The position numbers were made by a program, and so were the translations under genes. Shown one piece after another: positions 1 to 10,075 of a stretch of DNA of 49,845 bases. The DNA is from Candidatus Sumerlaeaceae bacterium (GTDB lineage Bacteria; Sumerlaeota; Sumerlaeia; Sumerlaeales; Sumerlaeaceae): positions 49,997-99,841 of the forward strand of contig JBMFRB010000010.1 of the NCBI GenBank assembly GCA_049968255.1. The letters run 5' to 3'. The notes under the pieces were generated by a model, which did no database searches, was not told the origin of the DNA, and worked only from the letters and a program-made list of their open reading frames with translations. The number at the start of each line of letters is the position of its first letter. The first letter of the stretch is position 1.

Positions 1-1055
1 CGCCGCCTCCCGCAGAATCGGTCGGCAAGCCAGGGGCCGCATCTGAGGTCACGGTGTCGGCGCGGCCAACCGAATCGCCGGCTGGGCCGCGCGAGCAGGT
101 CGTGGCAACTGTGGCGCCTTCGCCCTCGCCGCTTGTTGTGCCCACGGCGACTTTGGCGGCGCCCGTGGTTGTTCAAGCGACTCCCACGCCGGTCCCGACG
201 GTTTTGGCAACGCCTGTCGTTGTTACTCCGCTCCCCACCCGGATGGCGAGCCCGCCTCTGTCGCCTGCGCCGATGACGGAAGCGACGGCGCAGCCGACGC
301 CAGCCGAGGTTCGGATGTCCGCGGCCCCCACGCCTGTCGGAAGTGTCTTGGATGCTCTCCTTGCCCCAGCCATAAAAGCAGTGCCGACGGCCTCGAGCGC
401 GAGCTACGTCGGTGGAGCGTCTTCGTCGGCCGCCTCGATGCCTGCTTCGCAGTCATTGTCGGCGCCGGCATCCCCGTCCCAACAGTCCTTGCTGGGCAGT
501 GTTATGGATGTGAGGGGCACGGCCCAACTCAAGCGGGGTGGGACTGTGCAAACCTTGGCGCGCGGAGTTGGCGTGATGGTGGGCGACACGATCCAGACGG
601 GTCGGGACTCGGTGGTTGTGGTTCGGTGTGCTGACGGCGTTGGCGTTGTGGTCGGAGGCGAGAGCGAGATAACGCTGGCCAAATCTGCCCCTGCAAGCGG
701 GGCGGAAATTGGCGTGATTCAGGGATTTGTTTGGTGCGCGGCAGAGGCCGGAACCGCCAAACCGTTGAGTCTCGCGGCCATCGGATGCGTGCTAAGCCCC
801 GATCTTGCCGACGCGCGCGAAGGCTATGCGCTGAAAATGGGGGTGGTGCCTAGCGGCAAAGTGGTTGTCGCTACGATGCGCGGTCGGGCCTTGCTCAACG
901 ACACTGTTCTCGACGCCGTCATGTCGGTGGATGCGCAGAGAGCGGCTTACTATTTGCCGGGGAGTCGAAAGATCGAGGAGCATGGAGAGTTGTTGCCAAG
1001 CCTTCAGGCTGAGCTTGACACTGTCCGAACGCTCCTCGGCGCAGGAGGGAAATGA
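1..1055 (+). CDS. 5'-truncated protein: long Pro/Thr/Ala/Ser-rich linker followed by a FecR-like beta domain
   Basis: Frame of ORF 54..1055 is open back to the window edge (PPPAESVGKPG...). The C-terminal GSVMDVRGTAQLKRGG...VMVGDTIQTGRDSVVVVRCADG...GGESEITL resembles a FecR domain. Confidence 0.65.
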   Translation, partial: PPPAESVGKPGAASEVTVSARPTESPAGPREQVVATVAPSPSPLVVPTATLAAPVVVQATPTPVPTVLATPVVVTPLPTRMASPPLSPAPMTEATAQPTPAEVRMSAAPTPVGSVLDALLAPAIKAVPTASSASYVGGASSSAASMPASQSLSAPASPSQQSLLGSVMDVRGTAQLKRGGTVQTLARGVGVMVGDTIQTGRDSVVVVRCADGVGVVVGGESEITLAKSAPASGAEIGVIQGFVWCAAEAGTAKPLSLAAIGCVLSPDLADAREGYALKMGVVPSGKVVVATMRGRALLNDTVLDAVMSVDAQRAAYYLPGSRKIEEHGELLPSLQAELDTVRTLLGAGGK

Positions 1056-1674
1056 CCACTTCGGCTGACGGCTTATCGTTTGAGGGTGAGGTGCGCCCCG
1101 GCGAAGTCGCATGTGTTGGCTCTGGAGCGTGAGTAACCTGCGACAACATGGCACGTGGGGAGGGGCGTGGGAAGTATTGCGCGGCACGAAAGCTGCGTGT
1201 GAGCAGTTAGGACGCACGTCCTTTCTCACTCAAGGGGCGATCCACCTGTGTCCACCCCGATGCCAACTATTCTTGCGCTGGGTGATGCATGGGAGAAAGC
1301 CGGAGCACCGGGCGACCGAACAGCGAGGTGCTAAGCGCTGATAAATGTCGGTGAGGGATGGCGGGGTGGTTGGTGTGGAGGGTGGTTTGTGCGCGAGCCC
1401 GGTTGTGGGCGGCGGCCATTGTCCGGATCACTGACAGTCGAAAGGCGAAAAAGTGTTTGGTGATGGGTGGCGAATGTTTCACGCTACGGGCAAGAGGAAA
1501 TGTGAGGCTGGTGCTCTTGCCAGGGCCTCCGTGCAGGGAACGGGGCCGCGGAGCGCTTTGAGAGCAATTGAAAAATCATGGGATGGGCGCATGATGTTTG
1601 CAGGCCATTCGGGGCCTGACCGCAATAAAGCTTCTATTGAGGGACGTGATGCCGCAATTGTCCAGCTTGGCAAA

Positions 1675-1690
1675 CGGCACCGAATTTGCT
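1675..1690 (+). promoter_or_regulatory. Putative sigma54 (-24/-12) promoter
   Basis: CGGCACCGAATTTGCT: GG(1676-77)-N10-GC(1688-89) with TTGCT, ~55 nt upstream of the 1746 start codon. Confidence 0.6.
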
Positions 1691-1745
1691 CTGGTAATAG
1701 CGCGACGACGCAGAGAAAAGCGTGAGTGAAGCAAGGACAATGACA

Positions 1746-2060
1746 ATGAAAGAAATGATAAAAAAAGTGTTGAATAAATGTGGTGCTCCGCTGTTTGTTG
1801 TTGCAGCTATGGTGGTGATGGCAAGCACGCCTACTCCGGCGGCGGCTCGATCGAGCTGGTATGTCAGCTTTTCGACTGGGCCCGTGTGGGTGGCGCCGGC
1901 GCCCGTCTATTATCCAGCGCCGGTCGTGCCGTGCCGACCCGTTTATTACCATGAGGAGTGTTATCCGTGCCCACCGGCGGGTGTCTATTATCCGGGGCCG
2001 ATCATTTCGGTCGGCTACTATTCCGGCCGCCCCTATCACCATCATTGGTATCGTAGATAA
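1746..2060 (+). CDS. Small secreted Pro/Tyr-rich protein
   Basis: AGGA 8 nt before ATG 1746; signal peptide ending TPTPAAA; mature part has VYYP/PVYY repeats and a HHHWYRR tail; followed by a terminator. Confidence 0.75.
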   Translation: MKEMIKKVLNKCGAPLFVVAAMVVMASTPTPAAARSSWYVSFSTGPVWVAPAPVYYPAPVVPCRPVYYHEECYPCPPAGVYYPGPIISVGYYSGRPYHHHWYRR

Positions 2061-2092
2061 TTTCGACTACCCCTCATACCCCTCCCTGAAGA

Positions 2093-2129
2093 GAGCCCGG
2101 TTCGCGGTGCCGGGCTCATTTCTTTTTTT
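2093..2129 (+). terminator. Intrinsic terminator
   Basis: GAGCCCGG-N9-CCGGGCTC stem followed by ATTTCTTTTTTT. Confidence 0.85.
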
Positions 2130-2494
2130 GGGGCGACTCCCCCCGCTGGATTTGCCCCCGCTTATCCACGTGAGGAGGACAAGCGTTGCCGCGGCTTGGG
2201 AGTGGCCCCCGCGCTTCGGGGCGACGCAACGCCTTCTGCGAGTTCTCTGGTGAAGACCGGCCGCATGGCCGTGGCAATGGCCAGCAGGCCCGTTGCGAAA
2301 TCTCGCGGCAGGGTTGACTCCTTTGGTTAAGAATTTTGGAGCAACGTCGACCGAAGCGTGGCGATATCCTTGAGCGGCGTAGGGCCGGGCCACGTAATCG
2401 GCCTTGCGCTGCGACGGCCTTGAGAGGCATGATAGGAGAGAGAGGAAAAGAATACTGAATAAGTACACTTTTCCACGCGTAAGAAGGCTACACG

Positions 2495-2935
2495 ATGTTT
2501 CTAGTGAAAATACGAATGCAATTTGCGGCGGCCCATCGGCTAGCTCGCCATGATTGGACCGACGAGCAAAATTTTGCGCTTTATGGCAAGTGTGCAAACG
2601 TAAACGGCCACGGACACAACTACGTGCTCGAAGTGGCGGTGGTTGGCGACGTGGACCCTGAAACAGGGATGGTCGTGAATTTTTACGATCTTCAGAGTGT
2701 CGTCGAGCGCGAAATTTTCGACAAGGTTGACCATCGCAATCTCAATGTGGATGTAGATTTTTTGCGAGGCCTCGTACCGACGGCGGAAAACCTGGCTAAG
2801 CGCTTCTGGGAAGTGTTGGAGCCCCACATTCGCCAAGGCAAACTTTACTCGGTCACTGTGGCGGAGGGTCAGTCGAACATTGCGACCTATTTCGGGCCGC
2901 AGCCGCAGCAGGTTGCTTTGCTAAAGGAGAGATAA
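2495..2935 (+). CDS. 6-pyruvoyltetrahydropterin synthase / QueD family (PTPS-II-type motif)
   Basis: FAAAHRL, GKCANVNGHGHNY (C-X5-HGH), GMVVNF, DHRNLN, PTAENLA; directly upstream of folE. Confidence 0.92.
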   Translation: MFLVKIRMQFAAAHRLARHDWTDEQNFALYGKCANVNGHGHNYVLEVAVVGDVDPETGMVVNFYDLQSVVEREIFDKVDHRNLNVDVDFLRGLVPTAENLAKRFWEVLEPHIRQGKLYSVTVAEGQSNIATYFGPQPQQVALLKER

Positions 2936-2938
2936 CTC

Positions 2939-3595
2939 ATGTCGGCGAGTCCAAAGTCTACCCTTCGGGAGCGGATGGAAGAGGTTGATGAGATCGCGTT
3001 AGGCGATCTTAATGGCGAGGTGCACAATGTCGAGCTTGAGGCGGCGGTGCGGCGCATCCTTGAGCTGATCGGCGAAGACCCGTCGCGCCAGGGGCTCGTG
3101 CGAACGCCTTTGCGTGTGGCCCGTGCGCTCGAAACCCTCACCAGTGGCTACATGATGTCCGTTGAGAAGATCGTCAATAATGCGATCTTCGATGAGGATT
3201 ACAACGAGATCGTGTCGGTGAAGAACATTCACTTCTTTAGCCTCTGTGAACACCACATGTTGCCGTTCTTTGGCATCGCCAATGTGGGCTACATCCCGAA
3301 TGGGAAGGTGATTGGTCTATCGAAGATTCCTCGGATTGTGGACATGTTTGCGCGGCGCCTGCAATTGCAGGAGCGTCTCACCGCGCAAGTGGCCGAATGC
3401 CTCAATAAGATTTTGCAGCCTCGTGGGGTGGCCGTGGTCATGGAGGCCTACCATCTGTGCATGATGATGCGTGGAGTGGAGAAACAGGATTGCCTCACGG
3501 TGACGAGTTGCATGTTGGGCGACTTCAAAACGAATGTGCAGACGCGCAACGAGTTTCTTGAGCTGTGCGGGCGGCACTCGCTAAAGAGTCGGTGA
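2939..3595 (+). CDS. folE: GTP cyclohydrolase I
   Basis: [57 protein letters not shown]; AAGGAG RBS. Confidence 0.97.
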   Translation: MSASPKSTLRERMEEVDEIALGDLNGEVHNVELEAAVRRILELIGEDPSRQGLVRTPLRVARALETLTSGYMMSVEKIVNNAIFDEDYNEIVSVKNIHFFSLCEHHMLPFFGIANVGYIPNGKVIGLSKIPRIVDMFARRLQLQERLTAQVAECLNKILQPRGVAVVMEAYHLCMMMRGVEKQDCLTVTSCMLGDFKTNVQTRNEFLELCGRHSLKSR

Positions 3596-3741
3596 ATTGA
3601 GAATGCGCTGGCAGAGCTGGGGATTTCCTCCTTGTTCGTTATTCATTTTTGCTTTGTTCTCCGTGACCATGCAGACAAGGGTGCCGAATACATGGAGGCT
3701 CTGATGAACATTCAGGGAGGGATTGAGATATATCGAAAGCC

Positions 3742-5214
3742 ATGAGTGGCCGCCGTGTTTTATTCATTGTCCCGCCGACCGGTCTCTATATTCGCGAAGA
3801 CCGGTGCCAAACTCCCATCGAAGAGATGAAGACGATTGCATTGCGGCCACCCATCGATTTGATGTATTCGGCGGCCTCGACGGAGCGGGCCGGCTGTGAA
3901 TGCAAGCTGGTGGATTATCCTGCGGAGCGCAAAGGCTGGGCGGAGCTAGAAGCTGACCTGAGTGCGTTCCGCCCCCACGTCCTCATGATTTCCATCACGA
4001 CTCCTTCATTGGCCAAAGACGTGGTGGCGGCCGAAGTTGCCAAGCGCATCGACCCGTCAATCCTGACGGTTGCCAAAGGTGCGCATTTTCTCGTTTATGA
4101 TCGAGAGACCCTCGAGCGCTATCCTGCACTCGATTGTGTGATCCGAGGCGAATATGAGCTGACGGCGGCCGAGCTTGGGCGGGGCGAGCCGCTGGAACAT
4201 ATTGCGGGGATCACGTGGCGGCGGGCCGACGGCATGATCGTGCAGAATCCTCCGCGGCCGCTCATCGACGACCTCGACTCGATCCCCTTCCCAGCGCGCC
4301 ACCTTGTCCGCAATGAGCTCTATTTCCGGCCCGACACGATGGAGCCACAGACGACGATCGTGACAAACCGTGGCTGCCCGCATTCGTGCATCTATTGTTT
4401 GGCGCCTGTGGTGTCGGGGAAAAAGAACCGCTACCGCTCGGTGGAGAATGTGCTGGCGGAGCTGGTGGAGTGCGTCGACCGCTTCGGCATTCGCAATTTT
4501 CTCTTCCGCAGCGATCTCTTCACTCAGAACAAAAAATGGGTGATCGAACTGTGTCAGGCGATTCTTGACCGCGGCTTGAACATTGAGTGGGCGAGCAACT
4601 CGCGCGTGGACACCATTGATGCTGAGCTTTTGGGGTGGATGAAGCGTGCGGGGTGTTGGATCATTGCCTACGGCGTGGAGAGCGGCAATCAGGAGATGCT
4701 TGACCGCATGAAGAAGCGGGCCACGGTGGAGCAAGCCAGGGAGGCGATTCGTCTGACGCGGCAGGCCGGTATCAAGAGCAGCGTTTATTTTCTTATGGGC
4801 TTGCCGTGGGACACGCCAGAGACACTGGAGGACAACGTCCGGTTCGCACGCGAGCTTATGCCGGATTTTGTTGAGATCTTCTACACTTATCCGTTCCCGG
4901 GTACCGAGTTGTATCGCATCGCGGTGGAACAAGGTCTTCTGCGCGAGGGCGAGATTCCCGTGGAAGCTTACTCGCGTCCGGCCATTGCAGGCTTGAGGAT
5001 GACGCGCGAAGAGCTGGCCGCGTGGCGCAAGAAAGCTTTGCGGCGAATTTATCTCCAGCCGCGCTATATTTGGCGGACGTTGGCTGGCGCCCGGTCCCCC
5101 AAGGAGTTTGCCAATTACGTCAAATACGGGTTTTTGGCGCTGCGCGATCTCATGCGTCGCACGGATGGCTCGGCGGATAAGGATGCGGAGCTGCAGGCGA
5201 AGGCCATGGATTAG
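3742..5214 (+). CDS. Cobalamin-binding-domain radical SAM protein (class B methyltransferase-like)
   Basis: N-terminal B12-binding-like domain; RGCPHSCIYC (CxxxCxxC); YGVESGNQEML; MGLPWDT; YPFPGTELY. Confidence 0.9.
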   Translation: MSGRRVLFIVPPTGLYIREDRCQTPIEEMKTIALRPPIDLMYSAASTERAGCECKLVDYPAERKGWAELEADLSAFRPHVLMISITTPSLAKDVVAAEVAKRIDPSILTVAKGAHFLVYDRETLERYPALDCVIRGEYELTAAELGRGEPLEHIAGITWRRADGMIVQNPPRPLIDDLDSIPFPARHLVRNELYFRPDTMEPQTTIVTNRGCPHSCIYCLAPVVSGKKNRYRSVENVLAELVECVDRFGIRNFLFRSDLFTQNKKWVIELCQAILDRGLNIEWASNSRVDTIDAELLGWMKRAGCWIIAYGVESGNQEMLDRMKKRATVEQAREAIRLTRQAGIKSSVYFLMGLPWDTPETLEDNVRFARELMPDFVEIFYTYPFPGTELYRIAVEQGLLREGEIPVEAYSRPAIAGLRMTREELAAWRKKALRRIYLQPRYIWRTLAGARSPKEFANYVKYGFLALRDLMRRTDGSADKDAELQAKAMD

Positions 5215-5350
5215 CGAAGGCAGGAGACTGGTTGCGTGGGTGAGTTTCGGCCGAGGTCAGGAGGACTTACGCGGTTTTTCCTTGCAATCGTGGCCCGCAA
5301 GAAAAGGTTTTTGATGGTGATTAGAGGAATCAGACAGGAGACCATTTTTT

Positions 5351-6514
5351 ATGGGTAGACGGCTGCTTTTTACGTCTGAAAGTGTTTCAGAAGGGCATCC
5401 GGACAAGGTATGCGATCAAATTTCCGACGCGATCCTTGATGCTTGCGTGGCGCAAGATCCGAAAAGCCGTGTGGCTTGCGAATGCTTGGCCACCACAGGC
5501 CTGGTGGTGGTCGCTGGGGAAATCACAACGAATGCGACGGTGAACTATGCCGAAGTGGCGCGGCAGGTGCTGCGTGATATTGGCTACACGGATGACGACT
5601 ACGGCATAAATGGCGACACCTGCGGTGTTCTTGTGGCACTCGATCGCCAAAGTCCCGACATTGCCATGGGAGTGGACAAAGAAGGCGACGACCAAGGCGC
5701 GGGGGACCAAGGCATGATGTTTGGTTTCGCATGCGACGAGACGCCGGAGCTCATGCCGCTGCCCATCATGATGGCGCATCAGCTTCTCAAGAAGCTGGCC
5801 GAACTGCGCAAAGCGAAGACGTTGCCCTATTTGCGTCCCGATGCTAAATCGCAGGTGACCGTGGAGTACGAAGACGGCGAGCCGAAACGCATTGAGACGA
5901 TCGTGATCTCGACCCAACATGCGCCTGATGTGACTCCTGAGGACATTAAGAGAGATTTGCTTGAGCACCTTATCCCGGCCGTCGTGGACGAAAAGTGGTG
6001 GAACCCAAAAGACACGAAAATCTTTGTGAATCCTACGGGACGTTTCGTCGTTGGCGGTCCGCATGGCGACACGGGCCTCACGGGCCGCAAAATAATAGTG
6101 GACACCTATGGTGGCATGGGACGCCATGGCGGTGGCGCTTTCAGTGGTAAAGATCCTTCGAAGGTGGACCGCTCGGCCGCCTATGCGGCACGCTGGGTGG
6201 CGAAGAACATTGTGGCGGCTGGCTTGGCTAAGCGCTGCGAAGTCCAAGTAGCCTACGCCATCGGGGTGGCGCAACCAGTCTCGATTTCGGTCAATGTGGA
6301 CTCGAAAGGCACGGGCAAATACGACGATGAAACGCTGACGAAGCTCGTGGAGATGACATTTGATCTCCGGCCGCGCCGCATAATCCAGCAGCTGGATCTT
6401 TTGAAACCAATTTATAGGCAGACGGCGGCCTACGGTCATTTTGGGCGTCCGGAGTTCTCGTGGGAAAAGACCGACCGGGTGAATGACTTGCTGGAGAATC
6501 TTAAGAAACTGTAG
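5351..6514 (+). CDS. metK: S-adenosylmethionine synthetase
   Basis: [60 protein letters not shown]. Confidence 0.98.
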   Translation: MGRRLLFTSESVSEGHPDKVCDQISDAILDACVAQDPKSRVACECLATTGLVVVAGEITTNATVNYAEVARQVLRDIGYTDDDYGINGDTCGVLVALDRQSPDIAMGVDKEGDDQGAGDQGMMFGFACDETPELMPLPIMMAHQLLKKLAELRKAKTLPYLRPDAKSQVTVEYEDGEPKRIETIVISTQHAPDVTPEDIKRDLLEHLIPAVVDEKWWNPKDTKIFVNPTGRFVVGGPHGDTGLTGRKIIVDTYGGMGRHGGGAFSGKDPSKVDRSAAYAARWVAKNIVAAGLAKRCEVQVAYAIGVAQPVSISVNVDSKGTGKYDDETLTKLVEMTFDLRPRRIIQQLDLLKPIYRQTAAYGHFGRPEFSWEKTDRVNDLLENLKKL

Positions 6515-6625
6515 GCGGGTCAAAGAGTTAGTTGTTAATTCGCTAACATGATTACAGACAGATGGCATTGGCGGCGGAGTGCAGGACCAACCGTCGCGAG
6601 ACGATACGCTTCGACGTTAGGCAGC

Positions 6626-7180
6626 ATGGACATTGCACTCAAAGAATGGGCGTCGGTAGCCCGGGCTCTCGAGCTGGGGCTGCAGATCGTTTTGCTCCGC
6701 AAGGGAGGTATCGCAGAGGTTGAAGGGCGTTTCGAAGTAGCCCATCGCGAATTTCTGCTCTACCCCACATATGAGCACCAGGATGAGCGGTTAGTCGTTC
6801 CGGAATGGCGCAAGTTGGTCCGTCAGACGGAAGCTGAGCACGTGCCAGGCAGAGTGACGCTGACGAGTTGGGCGCGTGTCGAGCAGATTGTGCGCGTGCG
6901 CGACCGAAGTGAGCTTGACCGCCTTGGTCTGGAACACATTTACACGCCGGCGTACGTGGATATGCGTTTGAACTACAAACCAGAGCTGCCGCTCTACGTT
7001 TTGGTGGTGCGTGTGTTCAAACTGCCGGCTGCGGTCGTCATCGACGAGATGCCGGAGTACGCCGGGTGTCGTTCGTGGGTCGAGTTGCGAGAACATGTCT
7101 CGACCGACGAGTCGTCACCGGTTCTTACGGACGAGGAATTCGTGCGGCGATTGGCGTCGCACCAGGTGGACCTGACGTGA
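6626..7180 (+). CDS. DUF1802 family protein
   Basis: ALKEWASVARALELGLQIVLLRKGGIAE, FLLYPTYEHQ and YAGCRSWVEL are the family motifs; start placed at MDIALKEW. Confidence 0.85.
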   Translation: MDIALKEWASVARALELGLQIVLLRKGGIAEVEGRFEVAHREFLLYPTYEHQDERLVVPEWRKLVRQTEAEHVPGRVTLTSWARVEQIVRVRDRSELDRLGLEHIYTPAYVDMRLNYKPELPLYVLVVRVFKLPAAVVIDEMPEYAGCRSWVELREHVSTDESSPVLTDEEFVRRLASHQVDLT

Positions 7181-9662
7181 GTTTTTCCTCTGCGTCGGCA
7201 TAGCGTTCCCATTCGGCAACGCTGGTAGGGGGCGTGTGCGCGATCTCGGCAAATCCGAAGGGTGCAATCGGCGTGGGATTGGGCGACCAGAGCGTCGTGG
7301 CGAGAACGGGCGCCGCATCCGGGTTTGCTAACAGGGCGTGAGAGGTCCCGTGAGGGTAGATAGCCCATGAAAATGGGGCAAGGCCCCAGGCGCTGAAATC
7401 CCGCAAGGAGAGATCACCCGAAGGGGTCTGCGCTGCGAAATCGGCATCCAGGAGAGGAAAGCTCACCTCTGTCGCGTTGATTTTGCGGCTAACCCATTGG
7501 CGCGTCGAGCGCTGGAAGATAGCCTCCATTGTCCCATGCCAATCCCAGCGAATCCCGACGCTACTGGGATCGAAGATCAGCTCGATAAGCGTGTTCGTCA
7601 GGCAATCAGCCACGAAGGCGTCGTAGGAAGGCCAGTTGGCAGCTTCGGTAAGGGCGAGTGCCCAGCCAGCTTCCAAGTGTTTTCCGCCAATGGGCTCAGG
7701 AACGGTTGAGTCCAATCCGAAGAGAACAAGGGCTGTATGGCCCGCGGTGGGGATGATTGCTGCTGCGCGTTGCTGTGATCCCAGGGCGACAACGTAGAGT
7801 GGCACCGCGCACAGGTAGGTGCCCTCTCTTTTGGCTGTGATGATGGATGAGGGTGAGACCGCGCACGGGAGGCTAACCGAGGTACCGTCGACGCGCCAAT
7901 CTTCCCATTGCTGGAAGCGTTCGTCAGCCAGCAGGGCGACAAAAGCTTGTGGCGCGGGGTGGGCCGACGTCGCGAAGGTTCGATCCGATAGCCAGATCAC
8001 GCGGGCATGGTCCTGAAAACCGAACATGTCCGCATTTGTGCCTACACTGTAGCTGAAGACGTCGCTTGCGGTTGATCCGGCGCGAGCAAAGATCGGTGCA
8101 AGTCCCGTTGGCGACGCCTGTTCGTAGATTTGAGCAACCAGTCCTTCCTGGCCAATGAGCGAAGCAGTGGTGGAGGCCACTGAGCCAAGGCTAAATGCTT
8201 GCGAGATGTAGCTCGCTGCTTCGGTGTGAAAGTTGCGCTGGCGCACGAAGCTGGGCAACGGGCGGGGACTCAGGAAAGCCTCGCGCAGGAAGGGCAAGAG
8301 TGGCCGCGCCCGCAGAGAAATCCAGTACGCGGGATTGATGTCGAGGCTGTGTTTGGCTGCCACCATTTCCGCGAGCCGCGTCGGCGAGTCGAAGCCATCG
8401 TACCCGAGCAGTGCTGCTAACATAAAGGTGGTCAGGCCGGCGCCGCCGCGCAGGCCGTCCTCGTAAACACGGCTAAAGGGACCAGCTGGTTGGCGGGGGG
8501 AGGGGGCATAGAAGAGGGCGACGTCAAACCAAAGGCGTTGGCGTATGTACTCGGCGAGATCGCGGGTTGTTGGGTCTGTTGCGTATTGCGCTATGAGACC
8601 GAGAGCCCAGTCAGAGACACTCGTGTACACCGGGCTTGCCCACTCGGCAGAGGCGCCGCGGTCGAGGAAGTCACTGTGGGCGTATTCGAGTTTTGCACGA
8701 GCTGCGCTTGCCCAGGCAGAATTGTCAAATAGACGTGCTGCAAGCGCGAGCGTGGCGGTGCCCATAAAATAAAAATTCTCATAGAGTGGCGGGAAGCTGA
8801 AACGGGAAGCCACACCCTCGGTGACATACCAAAGTGCTGTGCGAAGTTCATCAAGCGTAGGAGGCTCGAGTGTTGGTGGCGGCGAGAGGCATAAATGCGC
8901 GAGCACAGGCGGAATGAAAAAGGTTGAGGCGTTTTGTGGGGTGCGAAGGTCTGCCGCGTTCACGAAAAACCAACCGTAGGTGGGCGATGTTGATGTTCGG
9001 TCCTGGGCTTGGGCAATTGTGCGAAGAATGGCGTTAGCCCGAGCGTGGCTAACAGTCGAGAGATCGTCGAGCAGAGCCACGGCGTAGTAAGCGTCCTCGC
9101 GCATCCAATGAAAATCGGAATCTGGGTCATTGGCGAGCCAAGTGCCGGTGGTGTCCTCGTCGAAGAAAGCATTGCCCTTACGCAGGACGAGTTTGTGCCA
9201 GCGTTCGCGAAGGGTGGATGTGGTGATTTCTCCGCTTGGGGCTGAAGAGCCAGCCGGTGGCAAAACTTCGAAGTGAGTCCAGCGAATGCGGCGTGTGGTG
9301 GGCAAACGGAGAATGATGTAGTGGGCTCCTGGGGAAGCGAAGGTCACAGGAATTTCCGTGGAAAGCGTTGTTGATGGGTCGTAGACAAGCGTCGTTGTCC
9401 ACTCGTCCTCGTCAGAGAGCGCGAAGCGCCGAAGAAGAGCGGGTTCGGTTGTGGCGCCGGCGCCGGCAGGTATCGTGAGCTGAACGCTGCCAGTTGAACC
9501 GTAGTCAAAGTAACTGGCATAGCGTGCCCCGCGCCATTCGAATCGAGCTTCGTCGAAGCGCAACTCTGCCGCGGCTGGCAGGGCCGTGTGAACGAGCGCA
9601 GCGAACAGAAACCAGCGGCCGAAGCACGCTGCGATAAGGGATCTGATTCCATGGACAGTCAC
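7125..9662 (-). CDS. Large exported hypothetical protein, probable (alpha/alpha)-toroid plus beta-sandwich (heparinase II/III-like architecture)
   Basis: Long ORF (track 7125..9947). Signal-peptide-like WFLFAALVHTALPAAA follows GTG 9662, so the start is uncertain. Motifs QDRTSTSPTYGWF, EWASPVY, AGPFSRVY. Confidence 0.7.
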   Translation of the reverse strand: MTVHGIRSLIAACFGRWFLFAALVHTALPAAAELRFDEARFEWRGARYASYFDYGSTGSVQLTIPAGAGATTEPALLRRFALSDEDEWTTTLVYDPSTTLSTEIPVTFASPGAHYIILRLPTTRRIRWTHFEVLPPAGSSAPSGEITTSTLRERWHKLVLRKGNAFFDEDTTGTWLANDPDSDFHWMREDAYYAVALLDDLSTVSHARANAILRTIAQAQDRTSTSPTYGWFFVNAADLRTPQNASTFFIPPVLAHLCLSPPPTLEPPTLDELRTALWYVTEGVASRFSFPPLYENFYFMGTATLALAARLFDNSAWASAARAKLEYAHSDFLDRGASAEWASPVYTSVSDWALGLIAQYATDPTTRDLAEYIRQRLWFDVALFYAPSPRQPAGPFSRVYEDGLRGGAGLTTFMLAALLGYDGFDSPTRLAEMVAAKHSLDINPAYWISLRARPLLPFLREAFLSPRPLPSFVRQRNFHTEAASYISQAFSLGSVASTTASLIGQEGLVAQIYEQASPTGLAPIFARAGSTASDVFSYSVGTNADMFGFQDHARVIWLSDRTFATSAHPAPQAFVALLADERFQQWEDWRVDGTSVSLPCAVSPSSIITAKREGTYLCAVPLYVVALGSQQRAAAIIPTAGHTALVLFGLDSTVPEPIGGKHLEAGWALALTEAANWPSYDAFVADCLTNTLIELIFDPSSVGIRWDWHGTMEAIFQRSTRQWVSRKINATEVSFPLLDADFAAQTPSGDLSLRDFSAWGLAPFSWAIYPHGTSHALLANPDAAPVLATTLWSPNPTPIAPFGFAEIAHTPPTSVAEWERYADAEEKLTSGPPGATPIAARIPRP

Positions 9663-10075
9663 AAGCCAGTTTATACGACGCGCAACGGTTTGACTGCAAC
9701 CTTGATCGCGTCGATGTTTGTGCTGCTCAACGCGCGGCTGGACGCATCTCTGGTACGCAACGTGGTGAGTGTCGAAACACTCGTTTTTGCTTCGCGCACG
9801 TGGAGGCGCAGATTCTGGCCAAAAGGTGAGAGTCTGTGCAGAGAACATTTCATCGCCTGATACCGCTTCAAAAAGAAAATAGCCTGCGACAGGCACAACG
9901 TGCCGAAAGAGATCAAGTTGCTCGGCTGACTCAACCTTCGCCGACACATGGCCTGAATAAAAGAAAAATTGTCTTGGTTAGCCCCAGCTTCTGTGCCAAC
10001 CGATGCTTTGCGGAGGGAAAAGCCATCATTCGTTTCTCGGCAAAGCATTAAGTTTGTTGGAAGGACGGTGTGATC

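Noticed and set aside
2130-2494. preQ1 riboswitch or DnaA-box cluster upstream of the PTPS gene
   Set aside because: No preQ1 consensus; only a single 8/9 DnaA-box match (TTATCCACG at 2162).
5215-5350. SAM riboswitch upstream of metK
   Set aside because: No SAM-I core (ATC..GAG, GCAACC, GTGC) or other recognizable SAM aptamer.
5387-6568. 393-aa antisense ORF over metK (and similar ORFs opposite other genes)
   Set aside because: Same shadow-frame artifact; the sense gene is unambiguous.
9663-9947. N-terminal 95 codons of the 940-aa ORF
   Set aside because: Lies before the signal-peptide-like segment and reads as non-coding; probably promoter region shared with the divergent pilin-like gene.
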